DNA from: Anaerohalosphaeraceae bacterium
GTDB taxonomy: Bacteria; Planctomycetota; Phycisphaerae; Sedimentisphaerales; Anaerohalosphaeraceae
Assembly: GCA_050309605.1 (NCBI GenBank)
Contig: JBNRMN010000020.1
Span: forward strand, 1-64,000
Direction of reading: 5' to 3'
Length of the DNA stretch: 64,000 bases
Each line of letters opens with the position of its first letter. Positions within the stretch are counted from its first letter, which is position 1. The notes beneath the pieces are model-generated. The model was not told the origin of the DNA. It worked only from the letters and a program-made list of their open reading frames with translations, and ran no database searches. The position numbers and the translations under genes were made by a program. This document shows positions 1-10,070 of this stretch, piece by piece.

Positions 1-36
1 TCTCAATTCAGCAATAATTTTATCTTTTTCGTCCAT
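1..36 (-). CDS. N-terminus of a probable IS66-family transposase (partial)
   Basis: GAGGTGC-ATG then MDEKDKIIAELR running off the window; coiled-coil-like start typical of single-ORF IS66 transposases. Only 12 codons visible. Confidence 0.4.
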   Translation of the reverse strand, partial: MDEKDKIIAELR

Positions 37-126
37 GCACCTCTTTATAACACAGGGCGTGAAAATGCACAAGTTGCCTATTTTAACATTTTCAGATTTT
101 TATGAAAAAATTCTGTGAACGGTTAC
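1..126 (-). mobile_element. Probable left end of an IS66-family (ISBst12-like) insertion sequence, truncated by the window edge
   Basis: Minus strand starts GTAACCGTTCACAG at 126, resembling IS66-type GTAA.CG terminal repeats. AT-rich interior has a TTGTGC-N17-TATAAA promoter (72..44) and an ORF start at 36. Only one end is visible. Confidence 0.55.
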
Positions 127-178
127 TATGTTTCGAATAGGTGGCGGTGTATTCAATTGCTTGAATCATTAAGAAGGA

Positions 179-1618
179 ATGCCGACGATGGATCGAAAAT
201 TAGTCAAACGGCGAAGTGAATATGTATGGGACGTCGAGCGGGTCGGTGCGATGCGGGTGCCGGGAACAATCTATGCATCCGAAGCACTCATCCATGAGAT
301 GGATGATATGGTCGTTCAGCAGGTGCGCAATGTCGCGACGCTGCCGGGCATTGTGGGCGGCTCGTTTGCCATGCCCGATGCGCATTGGGGGTATGGCTTC
401 TGCATCGGGGGCGTGGCGGCCTTTGATCCGAATCACGGCGGCGTGGTCAGCGCCGGCGGCGTGGGCTTTGATATTGCCTGCGGGGTGCGAACATTGCACA
501 CCGGGCTGAAGACGGACGATATGCTGTCGCTGCGCGAGCCGCTGGCCGAGGCGCTGTATCGCAGGATTCCCGCCGGTGTCGGCAGCACGGGCAAGATCAA
601 GCTGTCGGTTAGTCGGCTGGATGAGGTCTTGGCCGACGGGGCGCGTTGGGCGGTAGAGAACGGCTACGGATTGCCTGAGGATTTGCGATTCATCGAATCC
701 GGCGGCTGTATGCGCGGGGCCGATCCGTCGCAGGTTTCCGATCAGGCCAAGAAACGCCAGCTTGACCAGATGGGCACACTCGGTTCGGGCAACCATTACC
801 TTGAGATTCAGCAGGTTGCCGAAATCTTTGACTCCAAGGCTGCGGCGGTGTTCGGGCTGGAGCACGGCGCCGTTGTCGTCAGCATTCATTGCGGCTCGCG
901 CGGTCTGGGACATCAGATCGGCACGGATTATCTCAAGCGGATGACCACAGCGGCCAAACAACACGGCCTGGATCTGCCGGAGCGTGAGCTGGCCTGCGCA
1001 CCGCTGGATTCACCGGTGGGCAGAAGTTATCTGGGCGCAATGCGCGCGGGCATCAACTGCGCACTGGCCAATCGTCAGATTTTGACGCATCTGGTGCGGG
1101 AGGTATTCGCCCAAGTCGCTGCGAAGGCCTCGATACGCCTGCTGTACGACGTGTCGCACAACACCTGTCAGGAAGAAGAGCATATCGTGGACGGCAAACG
1201 AAAACGGTTGTTCGTCCATCGCAAAGGAGCGACCCGGGCCTGGGGGCCGGGACGTGCGGAACTGCCGGCCGAATACCGCAGCATCGGCCAGCCGGTACTG
1301 ATCGGCGGCACCATGGGCACATCGTCGTATATTCTGGTCGGTACCGAACAAAGCGAACGGCAGGCGTTCGGTTCGGCCTGCCATGGGGCCGGACGCGCGA
1401 TGAGCCGCAACGCCGCGACCCGGCAATTTCACGGCAAAGAAATCATCGGACGGCTGGCCTCGCAGGGAATTCTTATCCGCAGCCGGTCGATGCGCGGCAT
1501 TGCCGAAGAAGCGCCGCTTGCCTATAAGGATGTCAGCGAGGTGGTTGATGCAGCCCACCACGCCGGGCTGGCACGAAAAGTCGCCCGTCTTGTGCCGCTG
1601 GTATGTATAAAAGGATGA
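179..1618 (+). CDS. rtcB: RtcB family RNA 2',3'-cyclic phosphate/5'-OH ligase (long, archaeal/eukaryote-like form)
   Basis: Motifs MPDAHWGYGFCIGGV, GVGFDIACGVR, GTLGSGNHYLE, IHCGSRG, SHN, HRKGATRA, SACHGAGR, EEAPLAYKDV; AAGGA RBS. Confidence 0.95.
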   Translation: MPTMDRKLVKRRSEYVWDVERVGAMRVPGTIYASEALIHEMDDMVVQQVRNVATLPGIVGGSFAMPDAHWGYGFCIGGVAAFDPNHGGVVSAGGVGFDIACGVRTLHTGLKTDDMLSLREPLAEALYRRIPAGVGSTGKIKLSVSRLDEVLADGARWAVENGYGLPEDLRFIESGGCMRGADPSQVSDQAKKRQLDQMGTLGSGNHYLEIQQVAEIFDSKAAAVFGLEHGAVVVSIHCGSRGLGHQIGTDYLKRMTTAAKQHGLDLPERELACAPLDSPVGRSYLGAMRAGINCALANRQILTHLVREVFAQVAAKASIRLLYDVSHNTCQEEEHIVDGKRKRLFVHRKGATRAWGPGRAELPAEYRSIGQPVLIGGTMGTSSYILVGTEQSERQAFGSACHGAGRAMSRNAATRQFHGKEIIGRLASQGILIRSRSMRGIAEEAPLAYKDVSEVVDAAHHAGLARKVARLVPLVCIKG

Positions 1619-1759
1619 CCGTTCCATTCAGCCGCCGAAGGGCAAAGTCGCGGCGGAAATCGACCCTGGATGTTTTGAATAAGCGGGAATCGGTTGCTTG
1701 AATCCCGGAAACAGCATTTAGATATGTATTATAGCGAATATATCTTTTTAAGTTAAGGC

Positions 1760-1788
1760 TTGCTATTGTATTTCCTCGACGGTATAAA
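1760..1788 (+). promoter_or_regulatory. sigma70-type promoter for otsB-GH65
   Basis: TTGCTA-N17-TATAAA in an AT-rich spacer about 50 nt before ATG 1840. Confidence 0.5.
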
Positions 1789-1839
1789 CCGACATATTCG
1801 TTTTTATGAAGCATGTTGTTGTTCTTCTCGGAGTTGAAA

Positions 1840-3429
1840 ATGGTTCACAAAGAGTCCGACACAACGGCTGACATCAAAATCAGTGAGTTTGAAGCGTTCA
1901 TATTTGATTTGGATGGGGTGGTGACCGCGACGGCCTCAGTTCACGCGGCCGCGTGGAAACGGATGTTCGATGAGTTCCTGGCTCGCTCTGCCGAGCGCAC
2001 CGGCGAACCGTTCCGCGAATTTGACATTCAGACGGATTATCTTGAGTATGTAGACGGCAAGCCCCGGATTGATGGGATCAAGAGTTTTCTCGCTTCGCGG
2101 CGGATTGATTTGCCGGAAGGGTCGCCCGATGACGCCATCGACAAAGAGACCATTTACGGGTTGAGCAATCTGAAGAATCAGTATTTTCGGGAAACCCTTG
2201 AACAGAAAGGGCCAAAGGTCTATACCTCAACGGTGAACTTGATTCGCGAACTTCGAAAAAACGGACTCAAAACCGCAATCATCTCCTCCAGTAAAAATTG
2301 TCTGGAAATCCTGGAAACCGTGCGGCTGACGGATCTGTTTGATGCACGGGTGGACGGCATCGTTTCGGAGCAGTTGGGAATCGAAGGCAAGCCCGCACCG
2401 GCTATCTTTCTTGAAGCCGCCCGGCGACTGGATGTTGAGCCGAAACGGGCCGTCGTCGTCGAAGATGCGTTGTCCGGCGTGCAGGCCGGTCGCGCGGGCC
2501 ATTTCGGGCTGGTTCTCGGCGTGGCGCGCGCCGGCGAAAAACAGGATCTGCTGGACCACGGCGCCGACATCGCAGTGGACGACCTGGCCGAGATTCGACT
2601 GGTCAAGACCGAGGACAAACCTTCCCCGCTGCCGTCAGCACTGGAGCGGCTTGAGGAAATCGCGCATCGCGCCGATGGAAAAGAAATCACGGTCTTTCTG
2701 GACTATGACGGCACACTGACCCCGATTGTCGAGACGCCGGACAAGGCGATTTTGTCCGAATCAATGCGAAAAACGGTCATTGAGCTGAGCCGGCATTGCA
2801 CCGTCGGCATCATCAGCGGGCGCGATCTGGAGGACGTCAAAGACAAGGTCAGGATCGATTCGATTGTCTATGCCGGAAGTCACGGCTTTGATATTTCCGG
2901 GCCGAGCGGCCTTGCGATTGATCATCAGGTCGGCAAGGAGTTTTTGCCGTCGCTTGACCAGGCTGAACAATCTCTGTCCGAGAGACTCGCCTCTTTTCAG
3001 GGGACAGCCATTGAACGTAAAAAATTTGCCATTGCCGTTCATTACCGTCTGGCCAATCCGTCCCAAACCGACGCCATAGAAGCGATTGTCGATGACGTTG
3101 CCGCGCAGCATTCGGATCTTCGCAAGGCACGCGGCAAGAAAATCTTTGAGCTTCAGCCCAAGATGGACTGGCACAAGGGCAAGGCGCTGTTTTCACTGCT
3201 TGAGGCGCTGGGACTGGATCGCAAGGATGTACTGCCGATTTATCTGGGCGACGACGTGACCGACGAAGATGCGTTTCGCTCGCTTCAGGGGCGCGGCATC
3301 GGCATCGTGGTCTGGGAACAGCCGTATGAGACCGCCGCCATGTACAGCCTGGACAGCCCCGATCAGGTCGGTCGATTTTTAACCGAGTTGATACCGCTTT
3401 GTCAAAAAAAGGGAGAACAGCCATCGTGA
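1840..3429 (+). CDS. otsB: Beta-phosphoglucomutase-like HAD hydrolase fused to trehalose-6-phosphate phosphatase
   Basis: N-terminal FDLDGV/GKPAP/VVEDA HAD motifs; C-terminal FLDYDGTLTPIV, SGR, YAGSHG, KGKA, YLGDDVTDEDAF. Start placed at 1840 (GGAG RBS). Confidence 0.88.
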   Translation: MVHKESDTTADIKISEFEAFIFDLDGVVTATASVHAAAWKRMFDEFLARSAERTGEPFREFDIQTDYLEYVDGKPRIDGIKSFLASRRIDLPEGSPDDAIDKETIYGLSNLKNQYFRETLEQKGPKVYTSTVNLIRELRKNGLKTAIISSSKNCLEILETVRLTDLFDARVDGIVSEQLGIEGKPAPAIFLEAARRLDVEPKRAVVVEDALSGVQAGRAGHFGLVLGVARAGEKQDLLDHGADIAVDDLAEIRLVKTEDKPSPLPSALERLEEIAHRADGKEITVFLDYDGTLTPIVETPDKAILSESMRKTVIELSRHCTVGIISGRDLEDVKDKVRIDSIVYAGSHGFDISGPSGLAIDHQVGKEFLPSLDQAEQSLSERLASFQGTAIERKKFAIAVHYRLANPSQTDAIEAIVDDVAAQHSDLRKARGKKIFELQPKMDWHKGKALFSLLEALGLDRKDVLPIYLGDDVTDEDAFRSLQGRGIGIVVWEQPYETAAMYSLDSPDQVGRFLTELIPLCQKKGEQPS

Positions 3430-5819
3430 AAAACTGGACACTGATTTATGACAGCTTTGAACCTGCGGAGGAAGGCCATCGCGAAGCGCTTTGTACATTG
3501 GGAAACGGTTATTTTGCATCACGCGGAGCGGCCGCTGAAAGCCGGGCGGACGACATTCATTATCCCGGTACCTATCTGGCCGGGGGATACAATCGGCTCA
3601 ATACCGAGATCGCAGGCCGCACGATTGAAAATGAAGATTTGGTGAATCTGCCCAACTGGCTTGTCCTGAAGTTCAAAATCGAGGATGAGAACTGGTTTGA
3701 TGTGATGTCGGTTGAGCTGCTTTCGTATCGCCAGGAGCTGAATCTTCAGCACGGCGTTCTGACACGAACGATTCGTTTTCGCGACAAGAAAAAACGGGAA
3801 ACGACGCTCATGGACCGCCGTTTCGTGCACCGTGTGCAGATGCACCTGGCGGCACAGGAAACAACCATAATCCCTGAGAACTGGTCGGGGCGCATTCAGT
3901 TTCAGTCCGCACTGGACGGCACAGTCATCAATGCCGGCGTGGAACGGTACAAGCAGCTCAACAGCAAACATCTGAAAGTGCTTGATCTGGGCCGAACGGA
4001 GGACGATTTGATCTGGCTGCTTGCTGAAACCAATCAATCGCATATTCGCATTGCCGAAGCGGCCCGCACGGATGTGTTTGTTAATGAAGACCCCGTGATC
4101 GTAGAGAAAAACCTCGTTCAGCTGACCGGCTGGATCGGGCAGGAGTTTGTTGTCCAGGCGAAAGAACAAACGCCCGTGTCGGTCCAAAAAACGATTTCTC
4201 TGTTTACCTCGCGAGATGTGGCGATCTCCGAGCCGCTGCTGGAGGCCATCGACGCCCTCCGCACAGCGGACGATTTTCAGACGCTGCTTGAAAGCCACAT
4301 TACCAAATGGAAGCACACATGGGACCGATGCGATATTGAGATTATCCACAATACCCGCACGCAGATGATTTTGCGGCTTCACATTTTCCATCTGCTCCAG
4401 ACCGTCTCGCGCAACTCCATCGATTTGGACATCGGCGTACCGGCGCGCGGCTGGCACGGCGAGGCGTATCGCGGCCATATTTTCTGGGATGAATTGTTTA
4501 TTTTTCCGTATCTGAATCTGAGGCTGCCGATGCTGACCTGTTCGCTGCTGCGCTACCGTTTTCGTCGGCTCGACCGCGCGCGGCTGGCCGCCCGTCAGGC
4601 CGGGTTCAAAGGCGCAATGTATCCCTGGCAGAGCGGCAGCAACGGCCGGGAGGAAACTCAGCAGCTTCACTTGAACCCCCAGTCCGGGCGCTGGCTTCCC
4701 GACAATACGCATTTGCAGCGGCATGTCAATGCGGCCATTGTTTATAATGTGTGGCTGTATTACAAAGCCACGAAAGACCTGGAGTTTTTGGCCTCCTGCG
4801 GGGCTGAGATGGTACTCGAGATCGCCCGATTTATGGCTGATCTGACAACGTATAATGAGGCGCTGGATCGTTACGAAATTCTCGGCGTCATGGGACCTGA
4901 CGAATATCACGACGCCTACCCTGACTCGGATAAGCCCGGACTGAACAACAACGCTTATACGAATGTGATGACCGCCTTCGTGCTGCGTACCGCCATTCAA
5001 ATACTCGAATTGCTCCCGCTCAGACGGCGTCGCGATCTTCAGGAACTGCTGGGGCTGGATATGGGAGAGATTGATTCGTGGCGGGATATCATTCGCAAAA
5101 TGCGTCTGGTCTTTCACGACGACGGCATCCTCAGTCAATTTGAGGGCTATGATCAATTGCAGGAATTCGACTGGGACGGATATCGACAAAAATACGGCGA
5201 TATTCATCGTCTGGATCGAATTCTTGAAAAAGAAGGCGACAGCGTCAACCGCTACAAGGCCTCCAAGCAACCCGATGTACTGATGCTGTTTTACCTGTTC
5301 TCAGCCGAGCAGATTGAATCCCTGTTCAACGCGATGGGGTATGATTTTGATCCGGAGATGATCCCTAAAAATATTGAGTATTACCTCAATCGCAGCTCGC
5401 ACGGATCGACCCTCAGTTATATTGTCTTTTGCTGGGTGATGGCTCGATCCGATCGGCGACGTTCCTGGGAGCTGTTCCAAAAGGCACTGGAAGCCGATGT
5501 CTCGGACGTACAAGGCGGCACCACCCGCGAAGGCATTCATCTGGGCGCGATGGCCGGGACGGTGGACATCCTGCAGCGATGCTATACCGGCTTGGCTTTT
5601 GAAGACGAGATGCTGGCGCTGAATCCGCGCATCCCCCATGACATCGAAAAGCTTTGTATGAAAATCAAATATCACGACCGCTGGATCGATATCGCCACGA
5701 CCCCCGGCTCGATGACGATTGCCTCGGATTCCTGCGAGCTGAATGCCGTAAAATTCCGCTTTCAGGACAAGGTGTATGAGCTTAGACCGGGACAAAAACA
5801 CACATTTGCGCTGGACTGA
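3426..5819 (+). CDS. Glycoside hydrolase family 65 (trehalose/maltose phosphorylase-like)
   Basis: EALCTLGNGY, ARGWHGEAYRGHIFWDE, GPDEYH, KQPD, HGSTLS, GIHLGAMAG. GTG start overlaps the otsB stop (GTGA). Confidence 0.92.
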   Translation: MKNWTLIYDSFEPAEEGHREALCTLGNGYFASRGAAAESRADDIHYPGTYLAGGYNRLNTEIAGRTIENEDLVNLPNWLVLKFKIEDENWFDVMSVELLSYRQELNLQHGVLTRTIRFRDKKKRETTLMDRRFVHRVQMHLAAQETTIIPENWSGRIQFQSALDGTVINAGVERYKQLNSKHLKVLDLGRTEDDLIWLLAETNQSHIRIAEAARTDVFVNEDPVIVEKNLVQLTGWIGQEFVVQAKEQTPVSVQKTISLFTSRDVAISEPLLEAIDALRTADDFQTLLESHITKWKHTWDRCDIEIIHNTRTQMILRLHIFHLLQTVSRNSIDLDIGVPARGWHGEAYRGHIFWDELFIFPYLNLRLPMLTCSLLRYRFRRLDRARLAARQAGFKGAMYPWQSGSNGREETQQLHLNPQSGRWLPDNTHLQRHVNAAIVYNVWLYYKATKDLEFLASCGAEMVLEIARFMADLTTYNEALDRYEILGVMGPDEYHDAYPDSDKPGLNNNAYTNVMTAFVLRTAIQILELLPLRRRRDLQELLGLDMGEIDSWRDIIRKMRLVFHDDGILSQFEGYDQLQEFDWDGYRQKYGDIHRLDRILEKEGDSVNRYKASKQPDVLMLFYLFSAEQIESLFNAMGYDFDPEMIPKNIEYYLNRSSHGSTLSYIVFCWVMARSDRRRSWELFQKALEADVSDVQGGTTREGIHLGAMAGTVDILQRCYTGLAFEDEMLALNPRIPHDIEKLCMKIKYHDRWIDIATTPGSMTIASDSCELNAVKFRFQDKVYELRPGQKHTFALD

Positions 5820-5850
5820 CCGCCTTGGCCGATCTCAGCGAAAATCGTTG

Positions 5851-7911
5851 TTAGAGCATATTCAAGCCTGCAAACTGCTGCTGGATCGAGGTCAGCAGGC
5901 TTTCAAGTCGTGCATATTTGGCCACGAGTCGCTGTTCGACTCTGTCCAGGCGTGCTTGTTCGTTTTCAATCCGTCTGTTGAGATTGTCGATTTGCGAATC
6001 GATGCTCTTTTGGGACAGCGCGATACGTCCGGTCGTGGCGTGGTTGACCTGGTTAACGGCGTCATAAGCCGCTCCGGCGAACCCCTGCCGGATGCTGATG
6101 GTCGCCTCAAGGGTGCGGCCGGTCTGTCGCGTATCGATGGACAACTGAAGATCGCGCTCCGGATTGTTCTGGTCGTCGCCGCCAAGGCCGATGATATAGT
6201 TGCCCATGACTTCGGCTTGTCGGGCCTTGGACCAGTCTTCATCGGCGCGTTTGATTAGAGCGGAGGTAATCGTGCCTTCTGCGTCGATTTCTACGCGCAC
6301 ATCGTAGGCTCCGGCCTGTGTGTAGGTGCTTGAGTCATAAAACTTGACATACGCGGCGTCAGGCCCGCCGGTCGAACCGGTCTTTTTGGCTCCAATCAGC
6401 GACAGAACGCCGCGATAATCTTGATTGATCGCATCGGCAAATTTTTCTTCGTCCAGCATCAGCAGCCCGTCGCCGTCAAATGACAAGCCGATTTCTCGTG
6501 GATTGATGAAACTATCGGCCCCGGTAAATCCCGTTGCATTGGCCGTTAACGGCGTACGAAGCAGGCTTTGAATGCCGGTCAGCGTGTATTCTCTGGCAAG
6601 AATTCCGGAGGTGTTGGTTTCCGGATCGTATTTGGTTTTTTCATCAAAATACATCACGACCGCATTGTAGGCCTCCATCATCTCCTGCATTTTGCGTTTC
6701 AGCGATTCGGTATCCCGCGTCAGGTTCACTTCGAGCTTGTCATAGCCGCCGTCGGCGTTGGCCGTTGTACCGTGGAGGTTGAGCGTCACGCCGGAGATGA
6801 CATCATCGATGGTATTGGCGCTGCGGCTGATCCAGGCGTCCTGGCCGGGCGGGTAGTCATCCACCTTGATAAGGGCGTCCTGAGCCGCCTGGGTTTCGAT
6901 GAATGTGGAGACATCAAATGCGGCAAGTCCGGCGTTAATGCTGCCGCCGGCCGCAACTTGTTCAAAGGACAATTCAGCGGTCCCGGTATCGGTCTTGAAC
7001 GCAAGCGTCAGCGTCATTTGGCTGGCGCCCTCGATTTTGTCGGTGATTTTGAGCTGACCTTCTTCAAGTGTAACCTTCACCGTATCGCCAAAGGCTTCTT
7101 CAATTTCCCGGATCAGATCTTCGATGGTGGAGTAGGAATTGACCGCAATCGAGGTATTGACCGCCGTACCATCGTGAAGGGTTCCGGCGATGTCAACGGC
7201 ATTGACATTGAGAAAATTGATTCCCTGTCCTGAAAAATCGCCCAATGACGAGATTTTTGTCGTCAGGCCGGCATTGGTGCCGCCGGCCCGGAGCGTTGAA
7301 GCGGCGGTATGGATCTCGGAATTGCTGTTTTTGATAGAAATCTGATAATCTGAACCGCTGTCTTTGCCGTTGAGAACCAGGTGGTAGGCGTTGCCGCTGC
7401 CGTCATCGTGATGGAGAATGCCGGCGGTAATGCCGGGATTATCCGGATCGTTGTTAATCAAATTCACCACATCCTGCAAGGTCGTCTGGTCAGTCGTCTG
7501 AATGATCAGTTCCTGATGATTGTAGCCGAGAATAAATGTTCCGGCGCCGACATAAGAGGTGGCATACTTCAGGCCGTCATGCACCCATCGGTTGGCGGTG
7601 GCCAACTGCCTGACCTGTACGGAATGGCTTCCTTCGTGGGCGCCGGAGCCGGCCTGCACGGTCACTTTGTCGCTGTTGCTGCTGGTAGCGCTGTAGGCGC
7701 GGAGACTGCCGGCGTCGCTGAGGGCATTCAGCTTGTTCTTGAACGTATTCAGTTTGGACTGAAGCTCCGTAACAGCGGTGCGGATCTGCTTTTTTTGCGA
7801 GATACCGGATTCAAACATCGTCAGCCGCCGCCGTTCCACCTGCATTAACTGCTGGATGATGGCGGAGGTGTCCAGTCCTGTTGACAAGCCCGGCAATTGT
7901 ATGCTTGACAT
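5851..7911 (-). CDS. fliD: Flagellar filament capping protein FliD (HAP2)
   Basis: N-term LPGLSTGLDTSAIIQQLM, internal AAQDA..N.IDDVISGVTLNL, C-term RLVAKYARLESLLTSIQQQ. Confidence 0.95.
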   Translation of the reverse strand: MSSIQLPGLSTGLDTSAIIQQLMQVERRRLTMFESGISQKKQIRTAVTELQSKLNTFKNKLNALSDAGSLRAYSATSSNSDKVTVQAGSGAHEGSHSVQVRQLATANRWVHDGLKYATSYVGAGTFILGYNHQELIIQTTDQTTLQDVVNLINNDPDNPGITAGILHHDDGSGNAYHLVLNGKDSGSDYQISIKNSNSEIHTAASTLRAGGTNAGLTTKISSLGDFSGQGINFLNVNAVDIAGTLHDGTAVNTSIAVNSYSTIEDLIREIEEAFGDTVKVTLEEGQLKITDKIEGASQMTLTLAFKTDTGTAELSFEQVAAGGSINAGLAAFDVSTFIETQAAQDALIKVDDYPPGQDAWISRSANTIDDVISGVTLNLHGTTANADGGYDKLEVNLTRDTESLKRKMQEMMEAYNAVVMYFDEKTKYDPETNTSGILAREYTLTGIQSLLRTPLTANATGFTGADSFINPREIGLSFDGDGLLMLDEEKFADAINQDYRGVLSLIGAKKTGSTGGPDAAYVKFYDSSTYTQAGAYDVRVEIDAEGTITSALIKRADEDWSKARQAEVMGNYIIGLGGDDQNNPERDLQLSIDTRQTGRTLEATISIRQGFAGAAYDAVNQVNHATTGRIALSQKSIDSQIDNLNRRIENEQARLDRVEQRLVAKYARLESLLTSIQQQFAGLNML

Positions 7912-8038
7912 GATCGAGACTCCCGTCTGTCTGCTAATTCAATTTTTACTTTTCTATCGTCATATTTGAGGACTTTGTTCACTCTTTTTCACTCTTCAGG
8001 GCATGTGCGCTGATCAGGCAAACGCTCAAGTCCGATAA

Positions 8039-10036
8039 TCACCGGCTCGGTATGTTCGCTGTATCTATCGTTGGCCGATCAGATGGGACAGCCGTTTGGA
8101 CCTCTTGATGCTGCGTCCGATAAATGGATTTGCGATCGATTTGAAGCAAGTCTCTCCATAACCGCTGCGCAACATGATGATAATGCTGTCCGCCCTGCTC
8201 GGCGTGGCTTTTGGCGTGAATCTCAAACACACCCACGGCAAATCGTAAAAATTTGATTCGTCTTTGCTCGGGTGGTACCTCCCCAAGCGGTGGACACAGG
8301 ATGTGCGGTTCATACTGATCGAGCATCGCTTCCAGAGCCGCCGCGGCGTGCCGATTGCGGTGCTCCATTTGACGGCTGATGCTGTCGGGGCGCCAGCGAT
8401 AGCAGTAGCCGACCGCATTGACGGCGCGTTTGAATCGGATGTTCAGGGCATTTCGCGTCATAAACTCAAAGTCGATGAGATTTTTCTGATCCCGATACAG
8501 GCCGGTGCGTTCAAACATCGCTCGCCGTTTCAGTGCGCCGGGATGGGGGATCGGCAAAAAGCCGCGTGTGAACAAAAACGCCGGCAGGATGGAGGCCTCT
8601 TCGAAATCGCGATAGTGCCACGACGGCTCCTGGAACCGACCGTCGGCGTCCATCAGCTTGAAGATTTCGGGGTAATAATAATCAAAATCGGGATACGTCC
8701 TGGCCGTTTCGACCAGTTGTCCAAGATAACTCGGCTCAATCTTGTCGTCTGAATCGACGCCGAGGATGAATTGGCCGCGCGCTTCCTGAATCGCGCGATT
8801 GGTTGCGGCGGCGGTATATTGATGGGCCTGACGAATCAGCCGCAGCCGCGGGTCCTGATACGACAGGATAATCGGCACGGTCTGGTCCGTGCTGCCGTCA
8901 TCGACCACGATCAATTCAAAGGCGTCAAAACGCTGGGCCAGGATCGAGTCGATTGCCTCACGGATGAATCGTTCGGAATTATACGCCGGCATAATCACAC
9001 TGACCAACGGTGTATTCGAAGCGGATATAATTGAAGCCGATTCGGGAATTGCCGGCTGGATCGGCTTTGCCATCAACGGTTTGCGCAGTGCGCGGGCCGC
9101 ATCCAGAATGTGCTCGGCGGCGTGATTAAAGGTCACATGTTCGCATCGCCGGTGCGTAATGTCCGCTCGCCATTGTCTTTCGGCGTCATGGGCAAGATAG
9201 TGATCCAGTCGAACAGCAAGGTCTTGCGGGCTGCGATAGGTCACAATACCCAGTTGTTCAAGCTCCTGCATCTCATTGCCGATTTGAAAGGCCTTGACGG
9301 CGGCAAGATTGTAGGTCCGGTCGTTTACAAAACCCCACTGCCGCATTGTATCATGGTGGTCATTAAGAACGATTTTGGCGCGTGCATACAGGTCGGGCAA
9401 TTGGTGTGGCAAGATATAATCGCCCTTGATGTAGTGTTGATCGACAAGACCCTGCCAACCCTGCCCGATAATCCAGAGATTATAGGTGTTGCCGGCGGCC
9501 AGTACATCCTCAATAATACGTCGGCGTTTGTCGCGATAGTAGTTTACTCCGACGAACAACAGATCAATCTCTTGACGAGGCGGATTGGCCGGCGGCCTGA
9601 ACAGGGTACTGTCGAAGGCCTGAGGCAGATAAAAGCACGGACGCTGAAGATGAGGGCGGATATGATTCAGATATCGCCGTGATGCACAGAAGACCGCATC
9701 AAATTGGTTCAATTCCTCCGGCGTGTGCAGTTCCGGATGACTGATCAGCCATATCACATTCACCCCGCCGCCCGCCGGTCGGTAAGTCGTCAATCCCTTG
9801 ATGTGAATAGTCAGGTCAAACTCCTCGTCCGTTTGATTCCAGTCCTCCCGATAATGGATCGCGCAGTGATGTCCACTGTGCTGAAAGGCTTTGGCCAACC
9901 CCATCGCAAACCACGTATCACCCCATAAATAATTCTGTTTGGACGGTGTACAGGTCTTGACGGCAATCTTCATCGCCTCCGAAGACCGCATCGGCGAGTT
10001 GATCAGCCCCTGATTGTTCAAATCCGTTTGGTTCAT
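8039..10036 (-). CDS. Two-domain glycosyltransferase (CgeB-like GT-B domain + GT2 domain)
   Basis: N-half WGDTWF, WLISHP, KIVLNDHH..MRQWGFVNDR; C-half PLVSVIMPAYN, VVDDGSTD, GVDSDD. Confidence 0.85.
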   Translation of the reverse strand: MNQTDLNNQGLINSPMRSSEAMKIAVKTCTPSKQNYLWGDTWFAMGLAKAFQHSGHHCAIHYREDWNQTDEEFDLTIHIKGLTTYRPAGGGVNVIWLISHPELHTPEELNQFDAVFCASRRYLNHIRPHLQRPCFYLPQAFDSTLFRPPANPPRQEIDLLFVGVNYYRDKRRRIIEDVLAAGNTYNLWIIGQGWQGLVDQHYIKGDYILPHQLPDLYARAKIVLNDHHDTMRQWGFVNDRTYNLAAVKAFQIGNEMQELEQLGIVTYRSPQDLAVRLDHYLAHDAERQWRADITHRRCEHVTFNHAAEHILDAARALRKPLMAKPIQPAIPESASIISASNTPLVSVIMPAYNSERFIREAIDSILAQRFDAFELIVVDDGSTDQTVPIILSYQDPRLRLIRQAHQYTAAATNRAIQEARGQFILGVDSDDKIEPSYLGQLVETARTYPDFDYYYPEIFKLMDADGRFQEPSWHYRDFEEASILPAFLFTRGFLPIPHPGALKRRAMFERTGLYRDQKNLIDFEFMTRNALNIRFKRAVNAVGYCYRWRPDSISRQMEHRNRHAAAALEAMLDQYEPHILCPPLGEVPPEQRRIKFLRFAVGVFEIHAKSHAEQGGQHYHHVAQRLWRDLLQIDRKSIYRTQHQEVQTAVPSDRPTIDTANIPSR

Positions 10037-10070
10037 TGTGCGAGCCTATTGCTTGTGTGCGAAAACAGCC

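Noticed and set aside
3519..5270. 583-aa antisense ORF and other long shadow ORFs (e.g. 25839..27083, 50459..51700, 54271..55326)
   Set aside because: They lie opposite well-supported genes and show no motifs; expected from GC-rich codon bias.
7954..7980. sigma28 promoter for fliD (CAAAG...GACGATAG)
   Set aside because: Spacing is about 3 nt shorter than TAAA-N15-GCCGATAA and both boxes mismatch.
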